Part shown: in pieces, positions 24,793 through 38,800 of the stretch | Position numbering within the stretch: position 1 is the stretch's first letter | How the letters are laid out: each line of letters starts with the position of its first letter | Source: Bugula neritina | Taxonomy: Eukaryota > Animalia > Bryozoa | DNA length: 64,000 nt | Assembly (NCBI GenBank): GCA_964035545.1 | Contig: OZ037767.1 | Span: 30,520,628-30,584,627 of the forward strand | Reading direction: 5' to 3' | Notes under the pieces: model-generated | The model's input: the letters and a program-made list of their open reading frames with translations, nothing else | What the model was told of the DNA's origin: nothing | Database searches by the model: none | Position numbers and translations under genes: made by a program

Positions 24793-25561
24793 AGGATTGC
24801 TCTATCTTGTCTAATAAATGGCCATTTAGGTCAAACACACATAATATTGTGTTTTTCTAAGCATGCATTGACAAAAAGCATTTGACCAAAGGTAGAAAAA
24901 GTTAGTTGAAGTTGAGGGTGTAGATTGGTAACAGCCAAAACGCCGATTTTGAAATGAGCTGGGAACTGTGACGTAACAGCGCCAGCATTCCTGCTGGTCA
25001 CGTGACTATACAAATGAATAACTATAGAAATATGACTGTGAGATGTGATCTTTCAGCTCGTAATTTGTATATTTATAGAAGTGCAAATGTGAATTCTCTT
25101 AATTTATAGTTTTTTGACATTTTAAATAACATGTATGTAATAACATTAGGCTATATTTTGCTTGTAACCATTAGAAAAAAGCATTGCAAAAGCATGCATT
25201 CTTTAGGATGAATGCCTGCGATCGATCTAAACTAGGTCAGATTGTGCAATATTACGGGCGCACCAAAGTTGACCTATATAGCGCACTGTAACTGCTTGAG
25301 CGTTATTGGTTGATATTGTGCTCAGCAACCTTGAATACTAGCGTTATAGTTAGCACGTGCAGCATAGTTACTGGCGTTCACACGTCACGTATTAGGCTAT
25401 TCTTTTTCATGGCTGAAAATTTTACCGCCCTCAAAATTGGAATTTTGAAAAGCTGTTTTCTAGGCACATATCCCTTTGCAAAGTCACAATTGTTTGCATA
25501 CACATTAAATTATAGTTCATAATTATAATGTGATTGTAATAAACTAAGATTGAGCAATCCT
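24793..25561. mobile_element. Non-autonomous DNA transposon, Kolobok-like (TTAA TSD, AGG-starting TIR), 769 bp
   Basis: TTAA (24789-24792) + aggattgctctatctt ... aagattgagcaatcct + TTAA (25562-25565). The 16-bp TIR has 1 mismatch. No transposase ORF. Confidence 0.78.
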
Positions 25562-26027
25562 TTAATGCCTTGCTTTGATCTACTTTGTGATTATAAAAGG
25601 CTTTTATACCTTTAAATAAGAATATTTTTATAACTACAAATAGCACTTTGCAAATTTTAGTTTGTTCAAAACACCAGAATTTAGCAGATGGGCAGTGTTG
25701 GAGTTTTATTTTCCAAGGCTTGGAATAATGTTACATAAAGTTATAGCAATATTTATAAAGCTAAATACCATTTCATTATATTAATAAAATTTATTATCTT
25801 TACGACATTTTACAGAAAACCTTCAGCCTCGATTCTAGTCTTCTATTAAGATATTCTTGATTTATGTCAGGGCTTTAAAACTCTGCAACTATAATTTAAA
25901 ACCGAACATAGGTCTGTCACAAAGTCAAAGATGTTATACACAATGCATCTCTTCTCAATACTGTTCATTGTATTAACTTAAATATATTTCATTAAATTCT
26001 TTCAGTTCAGAAGGGTAGGTTTCTGCC

Positions 26028-28124
26028 CTATGTGAGACTTCCATGTTTCTGGCCTCCGTAGTATCCATAGTAACTGCCCTGCTCTATTGGGGCTAGACCT
26101 GGGAACTTGGATACGATAGGTCTGTGTTGCTGTTGGGGCTGTTGATTCTGCATCTGTTGCGGTGCTACAATATCATATAAAGTTACAGTCTGCTTTTTGT
26201 TCAAATATTGGATGTTACTCTATCTTCTCTACTCAATGCAACTTTGATGTTTTTTGCCAGTTGAGTAGAAAGGTTTTGTTAGATGTGCACAAAATATTTT
26301 AAGCTTTTGACAAAAATATGCTGCAGCAGTTTAATTTCTATTCCAAACTTAAATGAGCATGTTTTCAATATAAGCAGTAGAGAAGTTGACTCGATAAAAA
26401 ACGCAATCTTAAAGACTTGCAGTATTTTTTTAATCTAGCTTGAGATTTTAACCTCACTAGCTGTCAGTTTCTTTGCTTATTTTGATAGATTTATCAGAAT
26501 TTAAGAAGAGTAATTGTACATTTTAAAGATCCAAGCTAATTTTTTAAATGATGCAAGTTGATTTCCCGACCAGAAGTAAAGGCAGCATTTCTATTTTGCA
26601 GAAAATAAAACTGATTCTTTCTGACAAATCAAAATACAAATTAGCTATCATTTTGATGGGCCGATGACAACAAAGAGACGTAATATACTTACGGACATCG
26701 TAGTATTTGTAATAATATTCTCCTTGTTGAATTTCTTGTTTAGGTGACCCAGCCTAAAACATGACTCATCATGATAGTTTGATAAGTTGGTTCAGAATAA
26801 TTACTATTCTTATTTCATTCTACTCTATCCAGTATACTGTGCTACAGTAACTTACCATGCTAGGCATGTTGGACATATCTCCTGGCATTCCTAATGGCAT
26901 CCCCATTTGCATTGAGTTCAGAGGCATCCCTGGAATCTCACCCATTGTCCCAACAGGCATTCCCCCCATTGGTCCACCTGGCATTCCCCCCATTGGCCCA
27001 CCTGGCATTCCCCCCATTGGTCCTCCTTGCATTCCACTCATTAGTCCACCTTGCATTCCCCCCATTGGCCCACCTTGCATTCCCCCCATTGGCCCACCTT
27101 GCATCCCCCCCATTGGCCCACCTTGCATTCCCCCCATTGGCCCACCTTGCATTCCCCCCATTGGTCCTCCTTGCATTCCCCCCATTGGCCCGCCAGCCAT
27201 TTCTCCTCCAAAGGAACTTGGCATTCCAGGCATTCCACCAAAATTTGATCTACCTACTCCAATGTTTCCTCTTGATTCTAGTACAAAGAAAAAGAAGAAT
27301 TAGTTAGCTATCACCAAAATTAAATCAATAACTTGTAAACAAAACAACGTCTTAATATAAATAAGTGCATGGTATGAAAAAGATGCAATCAAGTTTTTTT
27401 TAATTATAACACCTTGAAAATATTTATTTCTATTTACTAAAATATGGAGTTGTGATCTTTTTGTAACTGATTTACAAACATAAAATGTTGTAACTAATAT
27501 AAAAAGTATTATACAGTTGTCATGGAAGTTGTAACTCCTACTGTGCTGTGAATACTGACCGCTCACTCGTGGCATCTCATTATCCATAAAATCTGGAACA
27601 TCTCTATTAGCTTCGTCTGTCAACTTCTGCACCATTTCTGTCACTTCTCTTTGTCTCTATTTTGTAAGAAATACAAGTTCAAGTTGTGTTCAATTTTAAT
27701 TGATTATATATTTAAACTTTAAGAAAGAAAAGAGACAATAAAGTCTTTAGCAAAATAAACAAAGTTTCCCAAAACCAGAAAGCAGAGTTTAAGCTACACC
27801 ACAGCTGGAAATGTAGAGTAGATAAGACCTTAAACAGGTTATAGAAATATAAAAGCTTATAATACAATATTAAAAAAATTTAAAGAGTTAATTTACAATT
27901 GCAAATAGTGCAGAATAATTGTTTACCTGTAAAAGGTCTTGCTTCCGCTTTTCCTCGGCACTGGCGTGGCATTTACTGCAGATGAATATTATAAGAAACA
28001 TGACAGCTAGGAGTACCCCTATGACGGCACATGCTATGACTGCTATTATTGCTGTGTTTAGCTTCGCGGGATTCCCTGAACCAGTGTTGGAGATCAGTGG
28101 CGGATCCGTACCCCCATTTGACAT
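26028..28124 (-). CDS. Uncharacterised single-pass membrane protein with Met/Gly/Pro octapeptide repeats, 304 aa
   Basis: Exons 27927-28124, 27560-27656, 26856-27277, 26693-26753 and 26028-26164 (915 nt) join in frame. TM AIIAVIACAVIGVLLAVMFLIIFIC, a short coiled coil, about 11 x M(Q/P)GGPMGG, then a Gln/Tyr-rich tail. An in-frame TAA lies just upstream of the ATG. Confidence 0.78.
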
Positions 28125-29212
28125 CTTCACTTACTGAATAACTTACACTTTAGTTTTTAAAAAGACAAGTTTTGCCGCAAAAATTTAAATCTATATTAAC
28201 CATTTTATAGCTGTTTGCATTTGAAGAAATATAACTGTATTCAAATATGAATAACATAAAGTAGTTTATATTGTTAAAAATATTTAGCATTTTGATAAAG
28301 CACACGGTTGCATTTGTATATGTTTGGCCCATTGTATAGGCAATGATTTGCTTTATTCAGGGAATTTTTAGAATAAGAAAGTATTTAATTTGAATTCCCA
28401 GTTTTAAAAATAAGATAAAGATATTATATTATTATGTCTTGACTTTTCTATATGATCAAGATTGCTCAAATAATATCTGGAAACACTGCATACTGTTAGA
28501 CCCTTGCATCAATAAAGTTCAGTAAAGTTTATAGTCCCAAACACTGATGTCAGTCTATTTTTATCAAACTACTTATTGATTACAGACCTGTCAGCTAGAC
28601 GCAGCATCTGTGAACTTACTGGACTTCTAATACGCTGTTTCCTAACTAAATAGTAAATATAATACTTTATAGAGTTGCAGCTGTTATTTGCTAGCTATCA
28701 CGGAGCGCCACATGCTAACATTTTATTGCTATTCTGATAATACAAACCTACTCTTATCAGTGACAGTGTTTACAAATTGAGTTGTTGTGATGCAAACAAT
28801 CATATATAATCACAGTTGAATGATATGTTATAATCATAATAGTTTCTAAATATACACACAGCATGTGTTAGACACAGCATGTGCTAAACACAGCATGTGC
28901 TAAACACAGTGTGCGTATGTACATCAGTGAGTATAAACTAACTGAAGTAGTCTTGAAGGTAAAGTTTGGTAAGAGCTTGATTTACAGATTTTCAAATTTA
29001 CATTCACAGTTACTAGATCAAAGTTTTCAGGATTTTCTTTCAAACTCATGTTTTTCCTATTCCTCTGAAATATTTAATTTTGCACTTTGTAAATCATTGT
29101 AAATACATCTTTAGATTATATTGCGTTGTATGTGTATGAAAGTATTTTAAAATATGATCTTAACTGCAGTATTCTGGCATTGTATCTGTTCTGTATTTTT
29201 GCTACCAATGTG

Positions 29213-29695
29213 CTGCGTGTGTGTGTGTGTGTGTGTGCTGTGTGCTGTGTGCTGTGTGCTGTGTGCTGTGTGCTGTGTGCTGTGTGCTGTGTGCTGTGTG
29301 CTGTGTGCTGTGTGCTGTGTGCTGTGTGCTGTGTGCTGTGTGCTGTGTGCTGTGTGCTGTGTGCTGTGTGCTGTGTGCTGTGTGCTGTGTGCTGTGTGCT
29401 GTGTGCTGTGTGCTGTGTGCTGTGTGCTGTGTGCTGTGTGCTGTGTGCTGTGTGCTGTGTGCTGTGTGCTGTGTGCTGTGTGCTGTGTGCTGTGTGCTGT
29501 GAGCTGTGTGCTGTGAGCTGTGTGCTGTGTGCTGTGTGCTGTGTGCTGTGTGCTGTGTGCTGTGTGCTGTGTGCTGTGTGCTGTGTGCTGTGTGCTGTGT
29601 GCTGTGTGCTGTGTGCTGTGTGCTGTGTGCTGTGTGCTGTGTGCTGTGTGCTGTGTGCTGTGTGCTGTGTGCTGTGTGCTGTGTGCTGTGTGCTG
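29213..29695. repeat. (GT)n followed by near-perfect (GTGTGCT)n, about 66 copies
   Basis: Direct inspection. It explains the spurious CAVCCVL/HSTQHTA ORFs. Confidence 0.97.
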
Positions 29696-29755
29696 ATAAT
29701 AGAAATCTGCCCCATGAAATTCTCAACTTCTGTTTTAGAACATCTTTTAAAAGAC

Positions 29756-31863
29756 ATGACAAGCAGCAGCAAGGCTTCAGTAAAAGGTCAAGATGAAAGT
29801 GTTTTGTAAGTGGTATATATATATATATATATATATTGGTATTTATTGCAACTTGTAAATTTTCTTTGCTAGATTAACCACAACAGTGCATTTGAATATT
29901 TATGAATGGTTGACAATTAATGTTAAGCATTGGTTGCTTTCCTAAAAACAGCAACTGTTTACATTTAAATTGGCTTAATAGCTCAAAACTTGCTATACAT
30001 AGCAATGATGACCGTTGTAGAGAGGTTTCTTTTTTATGCCTATTGTAGACAAAATAACATATTTTTCAAAGAGTATTAAATTCTTTTGTTGTTATATATC
30101 AATGCACTTGCTATCGACCCTCATTACACCTGCTTTGAGCCCTTCTGAAAAATTGACTCACCTGGCAGTGACTTTCAGCACTGTCAGGTGAGTCAATGCT
30201 GAATGGTGGGTGAGCTGACCATTTCAGTGCAGTATTTAAGAAATTTCAATAACTTAAGTTTTTTGACAACCTTATGAATTTTAGTTAGAGACCCTGGTTA
30301 TAACTTTTGTTTTGCTACATTTTTCATTTATATAGTTATTATAGGCTTTTTCTATTTTCTCTAGAATTATTGCTGGGCCTACCCTAAAGCCATGCAAGAT
30401 TTTAATTATAATTGGTTTACAAAATATTAGCAAGTCACTAGGCAGCTGCAATTTGATTACTTAACACAAGGAATTAATAATTAGTTTTATAAATTGTCAG
30501 ACTAGATTTGCCTGACAACGTTAAGGTCAAAGTTCAGAAGTTCAAGTCCGAAGGTCAAGTTCACATTCCTCTGGAGATAGAGCTCTCTGATCACCTTCTC
30601 CAGAAGTTGCTCCAGCAGTCGGTTGACAAGAAAGAACAGCTCGAGAATATACATCGTACAGTTGTCAAACACAATCTCTTGAGACACATGCAGGTATTTC
30701 CCTTATTGGGAGGACAACTCTATGACCACAATGCTAAATACTTGCTTGGTAACTTCACCAATGACATAGGAAGTTGAAATTGCTTCCAGCAAACAACTAA
30801 TTTTATGACTGATGGAAATATTACAATAAAATAGGCATCATGTAAGTTAGCTATTCATCTTCATTTCTTTCTTATTTTCAGTCATCTTCTGATCATGACA
30901 GCTGCCAGCTTTGTTCAGAGAGCATGTTGAAGTTGTCTTCTTTACCTTTTCTTCATAATAGGAAACCAAACTCCAACATGGTAATGACACGATCAAATAT
31001 TTATACTCCAATAATTAAAACGTTAGCCTATTATGTGAAGAGATGTAAATTCTTCCTTAGGTTGGATGCTAAGCCTGATGATATTTCATTTCTTTATTTA
31101 GGAACAAAATTTTATAAAGAGCTAAGACTATAAAAAAATGTTTGAATAGATATATATCTATTCAGAATTCTCTTGATTTCTGAACAGATATATATTTATT
31201 CAGAATTCTCTTGATTTCTGCCCACTGTCTTCCAGGTAGTCAAATATATTAATATTTATATATTATATATATTATATATATTTTATATTATAATATATAT
31301 AATTATATTGTTATGTTATTACATATATAATTGTATTATTATATATAGGCTATATGGGTGCTATAGGGGTCTAGTAATGAGTCAGATTGCCATGCAGTCC
31401 GAGTATCATGTGATAATAAACAGTATCTTATTCAGGGTGACATGATGGAACGTGTACAAACCTCACACAACACTGTCTTAGCTGGTAACTCTACAAAGAA
31501 GAGAAATATTCACACCCAGCCCGTACCCAAGTAAGGATTTATGTCTATTATTTGTCCTCTCAGGCTAAGCTAACTCTGCATATCATGACAGACTTTAAAA
31601 CTAATCTCAGGCTATAGCAACTGTTTCTTTATATACATTCATGTGTAGATAACTCTTGCATATTGAATCCGGTGATCCCAAAGAGAGTTGCTATACTTCT
31701 GGTTTAACTAAAAAATATTGAATAGGCATATGCTAGACAGCTACAGCATCATAAAACCATGAATTACAAACAAATACTTTATTTGTTAAATTGTAGAGCA
31801 ATGAAATCCAAGTCTCAGAAAAGGCCAACCACAATGCACCAGCCAGCGTCTAAAAAAGAGAAG
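29756..31863 (+). CDS. Orphan coding exons: either a long N-terminal extension of the DCX-EMAP gene or a separate small gene
   Basis: Exons 29756-29805, 30501-30693, 30882-30980, 31436-31530 and 31797-31863 splice in frame (MTSSSKAS...LPDNVKVKVQKFKSEGQVHIPLEIELSD...SKKEK) and end in phase 0. That fits either the EMAP exon at 35920 or a tiny terminal exon at 32632-32655. The start codon is uncertain. Confidence 0.6.
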
Positions 31864-32233
31864 GTAAACTTACTTACCCGATATAAATATTATGATGGTG
31901 TAAATATTATGACGCCTGTATAAAAGCTGCATTTCTAAGCTTTAATTTAGAAGAAAAATTGAGAATAAACCGCAAAAAGTACACAATTGTATATAATAGA
32001 GCTTATATAACGTAGAGCTATATATTATTATTTTAAAAACACCTCATTGGATCAAATGACATTGGTCACTTTTTTAATTCTTTGAATTTATGATGTAATA
32101 ATTTTGGTCGGATGTTTTTCATCACTTAGAAACTAGTATTCATTCTCATTGTAAATTGCTCATACGTGTAAATCTATTAAATGCAAGTATTTTAGATTTT
32201 ATCAGCTTACTATTAAAAGCACACACACACACT

Positions 32234-32357
<124 letters not shown>

Positions 32358-32876
32358 AGAGTTAAAATGTCACAGTTAAATTTGATAAAACATTTTATTA
32401 CTAATAGTTTCATGCATATATTAATATATACACTCTTCAGACAAAATGTTTGAATTTATATATATAATATAATATTAGATATATACATATATAATACATA
32501 TATTTATATAAACGTATATACATAATATATAGTATAGGCCTATAATATGCATGTCATATAGTACGGCACGCGAAATGGATCAATACTTTCTTCAATGTAT
32601 CACATATTGTAATAAAATATGTTTGATTCAGAAAACTATTGATTTTGGCGAATAATTTGCATATATAGTTGATGGCACAAACAATGGCGAGTTCAGTAAC
32701 CCATGACGACTCGCTATAATATACGCGCCGATATTGGTATTCGAGATCTTCAACTATTAGTGTATAAGTTCAACCAGTACTGCAATTGCCAGAGCAATTA
32801 TCATAAGTGTGTGCCATTTGGTTAAAGTTAGGATATGTCAGCCTAGCTGTTTGTGTCGGCAGCGGCTGTAGACAGC

Positions 32877-35800
32877 ATGTATTCTTATAAAGCCCGGTAC
32901 GTCAAGAACAGGGATCAGTTGATACAGGTACTGTGTTTCCACTTTCGTGAATAAGTGGTTATGAATATACTAAACTCTGCAACAGATTAGAGAGTTTTTG
33001 CAACTGAAATTATATGTAGATTATTTGATAAGTAATTTAGGAATTGTTTACACTTCATACTATATAGTTGTTAGTAAATTTATGATTATTTAATTATATA
33101 CAGTATATTATACACTAAGCACAATATACACTCTAATAGTTAATATTATATACAATATACTCTGTATTACTCCATGGTCTTAGCTCGTGCGTTTGGATCT
33201 CCGATATTAAGAGTGGTGCACAGAAGTAAACCTTAAATTAATTTAACCAATTAATACTCAATTGCTTGCTAATAAAGTTCTAGATTATATTTTGCAACTA
33301 AAAGCTAAGTTTTAGCTACTGCTAACTGCTATCACCCCTGATACAGTCATTATATAAGAGATATTAAATAAATGTGTTATTAGACAGAGTTTTAACAGTA
33401 CTGCAGCTGAAGTGCCTTGGGAAACTTCCTCTTGATCTCCTCTTGATACAGCTCATGCATTTTTTTTTGCTGAATACATTGTATCAACTAGCAAGTGTTA
33501 GTCCTACAGGAAGTCAAACTATAGCAAAGCAAAGCGTAGGTTCATTCAGTCGCTCTGCGTTACAGTTGTAGCAGAAAACTCCAACTAGCTAGGTATCCTC
33601 CAAATGAGCCTCTTATACTAATAATTAAGTTATTTAAAGCAATTGAGCAGGGCGAGTGAAAACCCTACTTTTACCTGCTATCAATCGTTTGATGGCTTTT
33701 TCAAACCAATCAGTTTATAACATGATAAAGGTGGCTTATCATAAATAATGACACCTTAGTCACCCAAGTGTGAAATGGGAAGCCATTGGGAATTCCAGCC
33801 CCCAATCTCACATTTCTGTAGTTACAAGAATGCTTTCCATCATTGCTCTGTTAGAAATCAATTGCTAACTTTTTTAAGTCTTTTGACCCTAATTAACGAA
33901 TGGGTGCTTTAGTGGTTTGCTGGTATATTTTCTGCCCACTTTATGGTATCAATAGCTCATTATATTTATCTATTTATAATTAGTTATTCCATTTCATTGT
34001 GTATTTATTGTATAGTTGGTGTGATTTCCCAATTGTTTGATACATTATGTCTGCCAGCATGATGACTGGCAAAGGTGTTACATGACATCTACAACTATAG
34101 TAGTATTGATCAGACCCAACGCAGGACTGTTGTGAAAGATAACAATAGGGCAACACATCAAAGCTCTGAAGAGCAAGAGATAGAATTTGTTTCGTCAATA
34201 TTTTCTAAAACTAGTTGTCGGTGAGGACCAAAGTGGGACTCAGTCTTGGAAATGTGAAATTATTCTTGTTTTGCAAATGCTTTCTAGGAGAGAAGCTGAT
34301 CTCCAGAATTACTATAACTCATAATAGACGTAATATTAGAAATGTATAGTAGTAACAACTTAGCAGGTTGATTTTTCAAACGTTCCTTCTCACCTACATG
34401 CCCGGTTGCTCCCTGCAAACCTGTCAAGAGTCTGGTCTCATTTGTCTAATTTGAGCTGGTCAAGATGAACTTAATCCAGTCTGGCCTAAAAAAAACTTTG
34501 ATACTTATGAGTGTGCTGCATTGAAAACTTGCTTTTTAAAATAATTAAGAGCACATCGTTGTAAAATGAATTTAACTTGATACTCAACTGTAGCAGCTGC
34601 CAAAATATGAGTAAATCCAGGCTGGCATTATAGAGCTCAATTTAATATGAACTGCTTTACTAACGGACATTTGTTCTCTTCACTATCATTATAGTTGCGT
34701 CATGATGACATTCAAGTATCTCTAAATTAAAAAGTTTTATGAACATGATGTCTTCATATCAAACACGCCCATGATTGTTGTTTGTGAAGTCTAAGCAAAC
34801 ACATTTTGGCCAAAAAACTAAATATAATAAAAACAAGGTTTTCAAATAAAAAAGCATTTCTAAAGTTGCAAAACATGGCTGCAATTATATAAAGTGTGTC
34901 TGCTATTTGACGTAAACAATGAATAATTTAGAGCGTATCCAAGGTGATGACCAATCTTCAACTTTGTTCAGTGCACGAGTTTCTCTAGGGAGTAAAAAAC
35001 AGTATTGATCATTCAAGGATAGTTCACTAAATCTAGTTTAAACAAAAATAATACAGTTAATAAATGTGTTTATATGTTTATTGACAACGGGTGTTATGGT
35101 GACATTGCAAGACTCTAAGCAGTAATATTTTATGAGGAGCCTACATTAAATTAACACAAAAGTTCACAATCATTAACAAAGTGTATGTCATGGCAAGCAG
35201 GCAAGATTCTAATACCTGGTATAAATACTTTATCAGGTCGGATTCTATTTCCGAGGTACCCATTATACTAGTATAATCAATCACATACGATTTGTTTAGT
35301 ATCATGGAAACCAATAAAGTAATCAATTACCTCATTTGGAAACCATGTTTTTAAAAAAACTTTGAAACGCCATGTGAAAACATAATTTTTATATCTATTA
35401 GGTGCTTATTCACTCCATGATATCAAATTTAAACCCAGATACAAAATAAATTATTTGTTTACAAACTTGTTTTATTTAGTTAGTGTTTTATGGGCTGCTT
35501 TAGTCCTTTTTGACTGCTCATAAAATTTGATCATTATAAAGTTTTTTACTTGGTTTAATTATAAATCTGTTCGTTTTTTTTATCAAATTGAAAAATTCTT
35601 CTCGGAATGATTGTCATACAACTAGGGACACTTCATTCAATAATTTAAAATGTTTCAATTAAATACCAAAGCTGTCTAAGAATTAGTACTTTATAAATAG
35701 CTGTTCGAAAAGTTTCATTGTTGCAGTAGCATATTCATTTCAGAATACCTAGACTATATTGCAAATGAGGCCCGATCTATTTCAAACATTACAACCACTT

Positions 35801-38800
35801 GATCAAGACACAGTTTGCAGTTTTCTTGTACTACCCAAGTTTAATACTCTATATTCATCATCTAAGTATAGATGTACATGTAAAGTAAAAGTTGGACATA
35901 TATTTTGTTTCACGAATAGAATGGCTCCGTCAAAGAAAACCTCTGGGGTACGGATGATTTGGACGACTTTTACTCTCCCAGACGACCTGCAAATGGCATT
36001 GACTTCTCCAGATACGAACCGTCTCCTCAGAATGACTATGATGACTCACTAGACGTGCCATTGCTCAAGAATCCACCTAAGAAAACTAGTAAAAGGTAAT
36101 TCATATACCGTCAATAGAGTAGTTAGTAATAGGCATGTATTCTAGTAAGGGTAGTAACTAGTCATTGGCAGGCATTATGATAGTAACTAAAAATATAAAC
36201 TGTATTCCAATGTATATTTTAGCATATAAACGTATTATCCATTGCTTATCTTGGTAATGCCAGTGTATTCATTTATCTACAACACAGTTGCATTGTGCTG
36301 GGTAGTTCTGCTTAAGGGTTGGTTATATATTACTATAGTACATATAATAGTGCCCCCCCCCCCCCCCCTACTTGCTTATGACATCCACCATTGTTAATGA
36401 AGTCATGCAACTCTTGTCTTATAGATTATTGCAGAAATATATTATAGTAAAGTTCATAGAAAGCTGGTAGAGCTGATGTGTATACCATACTTACAGTGTG
36501 GACTCTCTCAACTATATCATGTATACAAATGCATATATTATAATACATCATCACACTGCATTTACTGTGAAGGTTCAAGCAGTTTAATTAGCCATGATGT
36601 TAGCCATGCTGTTAGCACTGTTTAGATTAATTTGATAGAAGTACAGAAATGTCTTTATATAAATGTAAACTGTATTTTCCACTTTGGGAGTTCAAGCATA
36701 GGTCAACAATCACAGTAATCTCCCCTTGACTTACTAGGTGTAATATACAGACTTTTATATGCTACTGTATTTATGTTTCCTGTAGAAAAATATTGAAAGA
36801 CAAATATTGTAGCAGCTGTTGAAATATTTTTTTTAACAAGAGTTTAGTATTATTACTATATGGTTACTTAGGAATGGTATAACATCTATTAACACAATGC
36901 TTATTAATATGCTATTAGTATAATAATATATGTATATGAGTTGATGTAGTAGGATGTAAAAGTTCTGTATTGTTATAACTTTTATCACGAGTTAAAAATT
37001 AAGTTTTCATGTGTCACAATGTATATAGAGTTGCATAAATCAAGTTTCCTTGTGTCACACTGTATTAATAAGTTTATTAAATCAGGTTTCCATGTGTCAC
37101 ACTGTATATAGAGTTACATAAATCAGGTTTCCATGTGTCACACAGGGGTAAGCTGGTGACCTTCTACAAGAGTGGTGACAAGCACTTTAAAGGATTAAGC
37201 ATTGCGGTGAACCAGAAGCAGTTTGTTAAGTTGGAGGCGTTACTAGACTTCCTCAGTTCTAAGTTGCCCACAATTAATGGTATCAAGTCTATCTTCTCTT
37301 GGCCTGGTGGCAAGGTATTGCAACCTTCAGATATATTATTGTAACTGATCCATCATCTTACTTGCAAATATGAGTTCTTATAGTTAAACTAGCTAACACA
37401 AAACTTTCTTCATTTCTTTCCTGCTTTAATCCTCAAGGTTTTACTACTTTTTACACTGCTATATATTGACCAAATCTTGCCTGTCATACTTGTACTGCTC
37501 ACTATATTATCATAAACTACATAACATTATATGGTTTATGATATAAATCACATTATACATCACATAGTTTATGATATAAACCATATTACATCATATGGTT
37601 TATATCATATATCATAATCGTATGGTAAACATTCAGGTTCTAAATGGTAAACTTTCTTCCAGCGACTTTAATCAATATCATCAATTAGACAAACAATAGC
37701 TTTAAAACAAATTTGCATTCAGCAACCCAATGCAATGTTTGTGTGCCCTTCACTTTATTCATATGTACAGTATATTTTCATCACTCTGAATTTTATATAA
37801 GTTTGTAAATAGAGTAAATATGCTATTGATTGTAGCAAGGGTTAAATTAGGGCAGTCATATAAAATAAATCATCTCATTCAACTACTATGAAAACAACAA
37901 AACAGATGCATAATAGAGTTATGCTATATGAAATAAACAAGTTAAAGATGGTTTATATTGCTATACATTCTTTTAAACTTTAAAAATCACCCACCCACCT
38001 ATTTGATTTATATATATATTGAAGCTTATCAAAATTTGTATGGTGATAAACTTTTAGTTTTATTAGTGATTTTAAAGTATGTAGGTTGTACTTAAATTTA
38101 TATAGAATGTGTATTGTTTTATCGATAGCTGTATTTATATTGAGCATAATATTATATTAACATTCTACCTTTAACTAAATTCTAGAGTAAACTGTTACAT
38201 ACCATATGTATTATGCATAGAGATTTTGCATTCTGTACACACAAAAAATATTTCAAATTAAAATATTAGCCCGAAGCATATGTAATGTACGTACTATACA
38301 TGTTTTAGCCTGTGTACAATGTGGGGGACTTTCTCATTGGTGAAATCTATGTTTGCTCAGATACTCAAAGACTGGACAGATCTATAGACTATGGGGAGAT
38401 TAAACCCACTGTAAGTCAGTATACATTCTACATAGAGCATTATAATATGCCGCCGGCTCTTTTCTACAATGACAAGTCTACAGTTACTCACCTATATTCT
38501 ACAGTTACTGCTTTCTGTTGATCTACAGTCACTCACCTATATTCTACAGTTATCCACCTGCATCCTACAGTTACTCATTTGTATTCTGCAGTCACTCATA
38601 TCTATCCTACAGTTATTCATCTGTATTTTACAGTTATTCATCTGTATTCTACAGTTACTCTATTTTACAGTTACTCTATTTTACAGTTACTCTCTTCTAC
38701 ACTACAGTTACTATAATCTATTCTAAACTTATATCTCTATATAGTCCGTGACTGCTATTAATCTGCGGTAATGCCAGACGACTAACAGAGCTGCTGTCTC

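Noticed and set aside
26857-27307. Plus-strand collagen-like or Pro-rich ORFs (IPPIGPPC)
   Set aside because: They are the antisense of the MQGGPMGG exon. Splice signals and flanking exons support the minus strand.
29116-29809. Long ORFs of CAVCCVL/HSTQHTA repeats
   Set aside because: These are translations of a stop-free 7-bp microsatellite in several frames on both strands.
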